Source: Bispira polyomma (lineage: Eukaryota). From it: a DNA stretch of 64,000 nt. Location of the stretch: the NCBI GenBank assembly GCA_965649765.1, contig OZ287753.1, positions 78,120,001-78,184,000 of the forward strand. The letters run 5' to 3'. The notes under the pieces were generated by a model, which did not search any database, had not been told where the DNA came from, and saw nothing but the letters and a program-made list of their open reading frames with translations. Both the position numbers and the translations under genes were made by a program. Numbering within the stretch: the stretch's first letter is position 1; each line of letters opens with the position of its first letter. This document shows positions 27,521 to 38,269 of this stretch, one piece after another.

Positions 27521-29699
27521 AATAAAAAAATTCAAAGAGGACTCTGTAGATGTGAATAAAATATTCTACAAGTGGCCTTTATAAGATTATGGAGGAAAAT
27601 CACATATCCTTCTTGGCATCTAGTTCCTGTGTTCATCTGTGTTATCAGGCTTTGACCTTTAAGCTCCTAACGTGATGAACTTTTAGGACACTAAACTGCT
27701 GTGGATTACATAACTTAAGTAAAGCTCCAATGTCAATAACCACATTTCTATCTGAGCCAAAAAATGGATTATGAAATAAATTTACTTCCACAGGCTTGCC
27801 AATAATACGTTATCTACTTCTAAGTTTCTAAAGATGATGTACCAGAATTATTGAACTCTTACAGACATCACCAAACCCAGAAGTTAAGATTTGATCAATA
27901 TTACATCATGCTAAAAGTGGGTGCTAATACCACATCCCAATCACTTTGTAAGCTAGTACATGTCTCACTTATATAACACCCTTGAATAGTAAAAATGTAG
28001 GTGAAATATTCAATGAAAATAATCTTCATCCACATTAAACTACAGGCCAATGTCTTCAATTAGTAGTTTAAGGTTAAACTACTTCAAATATATCTTCAAC
28101 TTTATGAGAGATTATTATTATTATTATAAAACTTTTATGCGCTTATTTTTGAATAGATGTGATAGGTTAAATGGCAATCAGTATCCACAAATAATAATTG
28201 ATACACTGAAAAAAATTTAACAACAAATGATTACCTGATTACCAGGAGACAGATATGTTTTAATCTGTGGTAGAAGCAACGTAAGGTGCAAGAGAAGTGG
28301 CGGCCACTTCATGTAAAACTTTAACATAACTTTTTAACATAACATAATTCTAAAATACTTGAGTCTGTATAAAAATGGAAAAAATAGAATTATCTGAATT
28401 TTCGAACATGGAATAGAAACTTGATATCACTCAGTACATTTAAGATATGGAATTTTTACCAATGCCCTTACAGATTCGATTTTGTCGATAATTTTTAAGC
28501 AAACATGAATTTAAAAATATAACATTTCAGGCAATCGAGCGAAAAAAGCCTTCAAAAATGCTTTTAAACTAGAATATATTGTCTTTAATATAATATATGT
28601 ATTATATCTGCAAGATGTATAGTTTCTGAGACTGGAATATTAAGTCTAATACTTATACCATTGCATCATAAATATGACTTTTTGAAAGATAGTGGAATTA
28701 TATATTTTAGAGATTTAATGCATGGTAACGAATTTTTTGAGTTGAGTGTAACATCTAGTTTAAATATGATATTCTCATCCTGGCCTATAATTTAGTTGTA
28801 TCTTCAATTCCTAAAAGAATGAAAGAATATTGTTTTAACATACACCAAACCAACACAAATAAAACATATGATATACCACACCTGCGAAAAGACATCTCTA
28901 TGTTAAAAAGTAAAGATATAATCCTTAGCATTTACTAGCAAATAATGGGTAGAATACTATCACTTTTTAGACAACTTACATTAGAGGCAAATGTTCATAC
29001 CTCCTTACAAAATATAATGCGATTCAAGATTTCAAAGTTTCCAGTATATCATACCAGAATAGGCAGTCAAAATAGTGATATGGTTGATTTGTCAACATAA
29101 ATATTGACATGAAGTCAGCAATATGACTAAAGAGAAGTAAATAGAAGACACAAAAACCACATATGACAAAAAGACAGATTTTAACTTTGGGGGAAATATA
29201 TACGAAAACAGTTCCTATTTAAGCTTTGACGTGTGCATTATTTTAGGCTCAGGAGTTCCCCTAGGAGGTAACTCGAAAATAGGGACGAATGATGAAGAAA
29301 CAGCAGGAATTGGCTACTAACCAGGAATAATTTCAGTTCACCGACAATCGCCATCAAAATTTGTAAATGTGTGACCAGGTACAGTGGAGAAGACAGACAA
29401 GGAATGGGGACACATAGATATAGGTGATTATCTGTACAAGAAAGCTTCCACATCAAAGAAGCTGCATGCTACCAACCATAGAAAATCTTTGGCGAGGAAA
29501 AATAAGACGGTAAGGTCTTTAAAAACACAACACACACTATCCTGGGCACTATTCTGACCACCTGTGTACCAGCTAGATTTGTAAAACACTAAATATAATC
29601 TAATCTAATGGTACTTTTATAGCACTTAATCTTCGTACAACAAATTGTAAGGCGCGACAAACCTAAGCATTAACAGAAAAAATCAAAAATGGTGGACTG

Positions 29700-30423
29700 A
29701 TTGTAATTGTAATTAATTGTAATTAGACTTTTATTGCGCTTAATCTCCCCTTAACAAAGGGGACTCTAAGGCGCACCAGCACAAAAGACAGTTATCTAAT
29801 TTCCAAAATCAAGGGACAGAAAAAGGGTCAGCAACATAGAGCGCGCCGGGGGATGATTGAAACTAAGGTGGATATGCTTTAGTGTACAAGTGGGTTTTAA
29901 GCTTCTTTCTAAAACAGGCTAGTGAGGGGGAAGCACGAATCACATCAGGAAGACCATTCCAAACAATGGGAGCATCAAAAGCAAAGCTGTGACCAAACTG
30001 TTTTACCGACCTTTGAGTAGATGGGTGGAACTTCGAAACAACAAGGAAATTACTACCACTCTGACTATGTCTGGTATTGTAGGAAATACTGTAAGTGGAA
30101 AGATATGGGGCAAAGTACTTTGGAAACCCAGTGTGGAGAAATTTATAAACAAGTGTAGCTGTCTTAAACACTGAACGCTGTCCAACAGGGAGCCAATGCA
30201 ATTTCTTAAGAACAGGAGTTATACTAGTGTATCGACTGGTGTTTGACACAATTCTAGCTGCACTATTTTGAATGCATTGTAATTTGCGTAAATTAAACTT
30301 TGAGAGACTCCTGAAAAGTGAATTGCAGTAATCCAGTCTACTACTGACAAAAGCATTGGCCACAAGTATAGAAGCATCATAAGTGAGAAACCGTCTGACA
30401 CGTCTAAAGTCACGGATTTGCAA
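29700..30423 (-). mobile_element. Young 5'-truncated L2 copy inserted in the 3' UTR of the older L2
   Basis: 186-aa open frame (SRLDYCN, LHWLP, AYPP), (ATTACA)n tail, aaatggtgg on both flanks. Nearly identical to 46073-46783. Confidence 0.92.
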
Positions 30424-30913
30424 ATGGTGGTCATAACCAGGAAAAGTACCAGATAGGTTGCGACGGCTAAGGTGGAAAGGCCTGTTCGAAAAGGTAGGCC
30501 TTCAGCTTACTCCTGAAAGAGGAGAATGTTTGAGCCAGGCGAATATGATCAGGCAGGCTGTTCCATATGAAGGGGCCATCATGAGCAAGACAATGATTAA
30601 AATGTACTTTGGATTTGTGGATGTGAGGGTCAAAAGTGGGAATATTAAGATATAATTTATCAGGGTTACTGCACCTTGTCCTGACTTAGCATGCTATATT
30701 TGGATAGATGGGGGCTGAAATAGGTGGCTAATCCAGAATTTAGAAATTTGTATAAAATTGTTGTAGTTTCGAAAGCAACACGATATTTTATTGTATTGGG
30801 AGCCAGTGGAGTGATTTGAGTATAGGAGTAATGTGAGAAAATTTAGAAGTTTTGGCCACAATGCAAGCCAGTGAGTGTTTAACGTTCTGAAGGCGTCTGA
30901 GATCACTACAAGA

Positions 30914-31089
30914 GGGGGGGCCGCGGTGGCCTAGTGGTTAGCAAGCATTGCGCTTCACAATCACTGGTCTCTCACCTCTGGGCGGCGTGAGTTCGAATCC
31001 TGTCGATGCCTATGTGGGAACTACCCGTCCCAATATAACCTAAACAGGTACTAGAGTGGACATTAAATATCCCAATTCAAAAAAAAAAA
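30914..31089 (+). mobile_element. tRNA-derived SINE with internal deletion, inserted in L2
   Basis: A box TGGCCTAGTGG, B box GTTCGAATCC, poly(A), TSD actacaaga. Confidence 0.92.
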
Positions 31090-34000
31090 CTACAAGATAG
31101 GGAACAGAACAGAGAGTTGCAGTAATCAAGCCTACTGCTGATCAAGGCGTTAGCAACAGTGATTGCAGTGGATTTGGTGAGATAACGTCAAATTTGCCTG
31201 AAATCACGGAGGCCAACAAAACATGATCTACACACGCATGCAACATGGTTGGAAAAGCCGAATTCAGAGTTGAAAAACACGCCAAGATTGCGTACTTGTT
31301 TGCCAGTGATTTACTATTGCTGTTTTTAGGTAGTATAGTCTGTTTTTTCCGGTGGAGGGTGCTGTCTAATTTCTCTCAAAGTTTCTTTGAGTCACCCTCA
31401 CTTTCTGTGATCATGGTGGTTTAGTAGACACGTTTGGCATCATTGATGGTGTTATTGCACCTGGTGATGCATAGGCGTAGTCGTGCTCTGTTCGCGGTAG
31501 TTTGGTTTCGGCGCCATGTCCCTTCAGCTTGTCTACACAGCATCTTCAACTCCCGGTATCTACCAGTGATTCACCCTGGTGCAGGCTTCTTCAACATCTT
31601 AGATTTGCATGGAGCATGGTGTTCTAGGAGAGATTGTAGATCAGCACAGTACACAGTACTGCGTGTATAGATCAGTCAGGAGACTTGACGAAGGCCGTGT
31701 CGGCCAACGCTCGTCTGAAGTCTGACATATTGATTTTATGAAATTGACGTAAAGTGATTTGTGTGACAGCAAAAGATTGCGGGGAGGGAGCATCAAATTC
31801 ACAGGATATTAAGAAAATATCACTGATGCAACAGATGCTTTTTTTTCATATTGCTGATACCATTGAAATCAGTAGGAGTTAGCAGGCAGTCTAGTGTATG
31901 CCCATAAATATGGGTAGGAAAGTTTATATGTTGGATCAGGTTGCAAAATTCCAGAACTGTAGAGAAACGATTACTATTACTAGATGCGGTGTCCATGTGG
32001 ATATTGAAATCACCACCGAATATAGTAGGAGAGGGTAACAAGCAAATGAACCCAACAAAAGACATGAATTGTTTGAAAAATGTATCGAGATTTGAGCCAG
32101 CAGGCCGATAAACTGTTGCAAAATTTAAACAATGATTTTCCAGTGAGCAGAGACAAGGATGATTTCAAAAGATGTAAAACTAGGTGTAGGTGTAGCAACT
32201 AACTGACATTCATAGTTCTTCTTGATAAAAAATCCCCCCCCCCCCCCCCCCCCTGTTTTCCTACAAGAGGGTTATGGAATAGCTGAAAGTCAGCTGCGGT
32301 AAGATAAGAGAGGAAAGATGGAGTACCATAACTCCTAATATGTGTTTCTGTGATGTTAAAAATATCTAAGGAAGATGAATCGATCAAATCGGCTATGATA
32401 GGGCCTTTATTCGGCAACAAGCGGGGATTTCCAAATCCAAACTGAATTGGGCCAGGTTACTTGCGATATCACCTCCCAGTAAGATAGTAATGAGTTTGAA
32501 TGTTTTAGCCTTTGGTAGGTAATTGACTGGGCAAAATTTAGACCGAAAATAACAGTGTGTATGAAGGGACCACAAGTGTGGAACCGGATCGCAAGACAAA
32601 TTAATATCTTCCAGGTGGTATTGCATTGACAATGTACCATATATTTTGTAGTTGTTGCGGTAGCAGAATGTAAGGAAGGACAGGTATTAGGTGGCAGCCC
32701 TAATGACAAACATATTGTAAGAGAAGAGTGAAAAACAATAATTATCAAGGTAAAGTGTAAACAAAGCGATTTGGAGAGAAACAATAAGTAAAAAATTGCG
32801 TGCGTGAAGGTACAAAAACCGTTCTTAGCACTAAAAGTGAATATGATGGTACAAAAAGAGGGTATTAAGCACAAAAAGACAAAAGATAATATATAGTAGG
32901 AATCGGCGATAATACGGGATAGTTTTCAGTATAACCCCAAGTCCAAAAAATAAAAGTTGTTGTACGAAGACTAAGCATGGAATGGAAAAACTGTTTGTAT
33001 ACTAACACATGAGGATGTGAGTAAAACAAAAGTCGAAATGTGAGTATAAAAGACTAGATTAATTCAATTTTTAAATTTACACAATTGGAAGAATAATAAC
33101 AAATTAATACCCCTCATTTAATGTCCCTACCATTATTTTTTCATAATTAGGCGATTTTTTTCCATCCTCCCAGAGTGTATATTGTATATTCAGCGATTTC
33201 TCACAGAAAGATAGCGTGATTTCTTTTATCGACCTTGAATTGATCACCTCCGAGTTTTAGTAACAACCTTTAGTGGCCGTCTCCATATGCACGGGATGCG
33301 GCAGCGGCTTGCGTTAAATAAATCAATTCATCAACACACCGCTACTTCCGGTTTCGCCTTCAAAAATCGAGCTCGGTGAATACAGTAGATTTGTAGTGAT
33401 CAGCAGATGCCGTGAATAATAATTAAAATTACTACACAAGCCCTGTATTATTTTTCATCTTATTCTGAAATAATGTTGTGTGTAAGCTTGTTTAATAATT
33501 AGAATAAATAACAGAACATTTTACATCATAAGTAGTATTTTGCTTGTAACATGGGCGATAGTACAAGATTTTGGGCTTGGTTAATTTTGGGTTATCCTAA
33601 AAAAAAATTAAATTAATCAAAAATCTGCAACTATTAGTATACTTGAGGTAAAATTTCCGTTTTAGTATCACTGGAAAGCTCTCCTGGTGTGCTTTTGAAG
33701 ATTTGTTACCAATTTAAATTATATTAAATATTAATGAAGTTACTGGTAGTTGAATGTAGAATGTATCTCCAAAATTATTCAAAACATGCAAGTTGGCGGA
33801 GAGGGGTACTCTTATTTCAACTAAAATATCTTCGCTGATTCTGAACATAATTCATTGCAAAAAAAACCACAGTAATCGCAATGAAATAAGCTTTCTCACA
33901 TATTTTTTTTTAAATATTATCGTTATTTTCTGAGTTACAGAGAGAGGGGGGGAAGCAATTTTTGGTGGGACAGTGTTTCGCCGTGAATATGGTTATTGCA

Positions 34001-35245
34001 CCATTCATATAACAATCACATGTCTACAATACAAATATATTGAGTATTATCTGTTGAAAGAATTTTTAAATTAATTAGGTGTACTAACACAGTATAGTAT
34101 ATATTGTAACATAACTTTGTTGTGCTAATATATATATATTAATTCTTTTCTAGGATTCCAACAGCAGTAAATCACCACAAGTATGATGTACAAGTATGAT
34201 CTGGTACAAGGAAGCCAAGTGGAATCCAACCAAGGGCTGTGGAGATTTGTAGTTTCTGAATGAGTTGTGTACAATTAATATAGATACAGGGAAAAGAAAC
34301 AGTTTCTATGATACCAATTATTTAATTAAACAGCGAGGTTGTATGCATGGATAAAATTCCCGGCATCGAACAAAAACGCTTGTGTATGTCGGGAAATCAT
34401 TTAATTTCGGGAAGCACATAGCGGGAAACACCAAATTCATAAAAGTTTGTTTCGGGAAGTTAATTTTAGTTAAATTCGTCCCGAGAACCCTTTTTATTTT
34501 GATTATTGTGCTTTTTTTTTTCATCAACATCCATTTATAAATAGCTAAAATATTTAAGTTTAAAAACAAGTTACATGTGTAGATTATACAGTAATATATG
34601 TCGGTGGTTCTTGCCGAGGGAAAGGTCAGAGACAGTTAAATATCCTTATATGGATGTTGTTATTTCTGGGTACAATGATAGATTACCATACTGGCATGAA
34701 ATTCTTCCATTGAGTCTCATGTACACATGCTTAACTTCTTTTTCTGTCGGTAAAATAAAATGACGGTCGGTAAAATAAAAAGTACTAAAATATAAGGATA
34801 TTGTGGTGTAAAGTATAAAGTTCAATCCACAATCATATTAATCTATATATCTTGTATATCCCTAATGTTATTATATTCATGCATCCAATCACTGTGTTAA
34901 TTAAATATAAAACATTTTCAAGCCTTTTACAAATTTATACTATTTTGGCCAACTTTACTGTTTGTGTTGATAACTGGTAGATATTGTAATATGAAAGATA
35001 GTATTTCTAAGAAAATTGAATCTTAATGAACCTATTTGTGATATGTGTATCCTACATGGAATTTAAGATGAAAAGAATATATTATATCACGTGACACACA
35101 AGCTCCACCCACTTCCATTCATAATTTTAGTGAGAGTACTACGCACCATTGATAAAAAGCCCACACACAACAAACAGCTAGCAGAAAATTGAGGAAACAA
35201 CAGCATTTCAACTTTGTATTACACCCTTTCCATCTTCTTTTATTA

Positions 35246-35860
35246 CAGGGGGTGGGGTGGGGGGGGGGGACAGCGATTCGCCCATTATTTACGGAAATTT
35301 GACAAAAGTAAGCAAAAGGAAATAATGTTAAGTCAACTCAATGTTAATTTGTGAAGGTCATTTTATTGCATACAAATCATACTCGTACCCAGTTACATAA
35401 AGGTATTTCTAATGAATTTTAACAACAATTTAGTAACCAAAGGGACTGGGTCAATATTAATTACAAAGTGGACAGCATTTCGCCATTTTCAAGCAATGGT
35501 AAATATTTGCATTAAAATATTACTTACAAGCTTTGCTAACAATAATAATAATAATTTGAAATAGTTTATCTACATAATGCATAATATGAGAAATAGAAAA
35601 TAATCAGAAGTACAGTCTAATTATTAACCTCACATTTTGAGCAGTACCACTGTTTATTTAGCTGTGTTGGTACTTTAAATTCATTTAAAATTTATTTCGG
35701 CAGACCATACTCTATATATTTGTTATGTAGGCATGTGTATGTTATATGGCTATTATAATAGGATAATAATTCCTTTAAAATGAATTTTATACAGTGATTA
35801 GGTGTAATAACCATATTTATGGCGAAATGCTGTCCACCACGAATCGCTGCCCCCCCCCTG
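35246..35860. mobile_element. Tc1/mariner-type MITE (TA TSD)
   Basis: TA|CAGGGGG..cagcgattcg ... cgaatcgctgccccccccCTG|TA. A partial inverted copy lies at ~33938-34010. Confidence 0.75.
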
Positions 35861-36366
35861 TATATCTAGTTGCATTACTATGTGTTGTAACAATTCTGAC
35901 CTTATATTTAGTCTTGTGTAAACAACCTTCACTTCTGTATTACTGGTGTTATATGTGAGCATAACATTTATATTATATTAGCGTTGTATTATAGAGATAT
36001 TAATATATATTTTATATATCTGTATACACATACAATATTGTGAATGGGATTTTATTATTTCGCCGTATCTCTGTAGGTATGGTAGTAGAATGTTTTATTC
36101 CTACTAATAAATGTGTCGTGCGATATGTCCAAAAATGTGTGTTAATAAATTTTATGAATTTAAATTCATTTGTGTTGTTCTTGGCATTGAATTTTCTTCA
36201 CCATCATGGTCTTTTCATCACCTGTAGTTTTCATTCTCCATCATTGGTATTTATGAACTAGACTCTTAAGCTTAACATCATTTATTTGGGTTTGATTGGT
36301 CTGGTTTTCTGCTATACAAACTATCAACCTTCAGCAAGTGTACTGTCAACTTTCCCATATACCTGG

Positions 36367-36589
36367 ATTTGAATTTGGATATTTAACGTCCACTCTAGTA
36401 CCTTTTAGTAGGTTATATTGCGACGGGTAGTTAGAATCGCTGGAGGAAACACTGCATACAGTCGGTCAAGGTTCTGCACTGAAACCAGCGGCCCATAGTA
36501 AGGAACTACCACCTTTCCCACATAGGCATCAACCGGATTCGAACTCACGCCGCCCAGAGGTGAAAGACCAGTGATTGTGAAGCGCAGTG
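36367..36589 (-). mobile_element. 5'-truncated tRNA SINE, same young family as 16590 and 30914
   Basis: Near identical to 16614-16830. TSD cccatatacctgga. Confidence 0.9.
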
Positions 36590-37732
36590 CCCATATACCT
36601 GGAACACAATTGCTTAGGAATGCAGAGGACCAGATACCGACTGATATGGTGGCGATACACAGGATGACAACTTCTGATGGTGCTCTTCTGTCATTGGGTC
36701 CTATCCCCAGGGCAGGTTAGAGAACAGTGGGACTTTATCAATGGCCAATCTTAAGCTTTTCTCTACAGGTAGGGGAGTGGCAGTTACTGGTGCTAGTTTC
36801 CTGAACTTGAGCTTTAAAAAAAAGTTATAAATAGCACTTTGAATACCAGATAAATCTTAATAAATAGGAGTACAAATTTAAATACAGTATAACACAACTG
36901 CTTGTATACAGTAACTGTTTTGGAAAATTTAGGTGGCTCTGAAAAGAGCCATTTCTTGAACCAGGTTGTAAATCCACTGCAAGCAAGCATATTCCAGGAA
37001 AAAAATTCCTGGATATTAGACTTTTGTACAATATTAAGATTAATGCCACAATGCAGACATACATACGTAGACCATCTGGACAACTCTGTCCTTTTATAAA
37101 CTCGGTCCTTTTATATACTAAGTCCACTAAGTAAGATTTAGTTGCAAATTAAGCAAGTATTTTTTGAGAATAGCTCTTGGATCAAATTATAAGCAAGTTA
37201 AAATTTAAGAAAACATTTAATTTTAGAGAAGTAATTAATTTTCACTTGTTCGAGAATACCACCCCTGGTGAATATTTGCAGTTGCTGGATTTAAAAAAAA
37301 ACGCCGATTATTTATTAATAGCTCAGAAAGTACTGCAGGCAAAAATTTCCTAAAAAATATGGTGTGAAAGCTTATTTTATTGCCGTTACTGTGGTTTTTG
37401 TTGCATCAAAATCCGTTGTGAAACAGTTGAGATATTCAAGTTTAAATAAGGGTACCCCTCTCTCCTGGCTTGTTTGGACTGGGCGAAAATGTAGGATTTA
37501 TTTACAAATAAGTTGTTTAAATATTATGTCATAAAACAAAATTTGTGAGATATAATGAGAATGATATGCTTCGTTTCTTCAAATAGTTTTAATACATATA
37601 AATCACTACATTTAGCTACTTAGGCAAAATTTAAAATTTCATTCTCTCGCATTTCTTTTCACCTAGTTGTCTGGGTTTTCCCCATTTTTCGCCGGAAGTG
37701 ACGAAAGGCCGTGTCGAAGAATCATAAGTAAA

Positions 37733-38065
37733 ATAGAACCGTCTCCATGTGCACGGCTTGCGGTTGCGGCTGCGGCAAAGTTCGCTCTAGGATCGAATTT
37801 TACCGCACCCGCAAGCTGCCGCAAGTCGGAAGTACAAAAAAAAAATACTTACTTTATCTTTGATGTTAATAAGGTTATTTGGTATCACATTTTTCGTCTT
37901 ATTCCACTGATTTAAATGGTGAAAGAATTTTAAAAATCGGACCATAAATAAGAAAGTTATGAATTTCGGAATAAAAATTATATATTTGGTATATCATACG
38001 CCAACAGAATATTAACGCAAGCCGCACCCGCAAGCCGCTTGCCGTGCACATGGAAACGTACACTA
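37733..38065. mobile_element. Harbinger-like MITE just upstream of dNK
   Basis: TIRs ccgtctccatgtgcacggc / gccgtgcacatggaaacg with GCGG-rich subterminal repeats. A related end lies at 33271-33320. Confidence 0.7.
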
Positions 38066-38220
38066 AGTAAACAACTTTTGCCGGGGAGAAAAATTAGCGG
38101 GAAAATTAAACGCGTTTTGATTTGCTTGTCATTATACTGGGTATTTTTAATTTGACGGAGGTAAACTTTTTTCTGTTACATTCATTCAGGCGAATAAACG
38201 TAGCAACACCTTGAGGGAAA

Positions 38221-38269
38221 ATGTTGGATGATTGCACCGATTTGGACTGGGATGACCTAGAAAACATAG
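38221..38269 (+). CDS. dNK candidate exon 1a ([16 protein letters not shown], acidic), phase-1 end
   Basis: ATG at 38221, 16 codons + G, donor G|GTAAT. The phase matches exon 39598-39650. Confidence 0.6.

Larger units (their letters stand above)
29593..32900 (-). mobile_element. Near-full-length L2-clade LINE with the RT core deleted; hosts two nested insertions
   Basis: Minus-strand order: 2A-like GDIASN(P)GP, then APE (ITETH, GGGG, GDFNIH, PTH..GHTLD), then the linker fused directly to post-[22 protein letters not shown], then the tail gcgccttac..aagtgcta(tagat)n. Confidence 0.85.

Noticed and set aside
28250-29480. Possible decayed LINE or coding remnant
   Set aside because: Only faint motif hints (e.g. 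FSQVWY on the minus strand), too weak to call.
30914-31010. tRNA gene (A and B boxes present)
   Set aside because: No closing acceptor stem. It continues into a SINE body with a poly(A) tail and TSD, and is multi-copy in the window.
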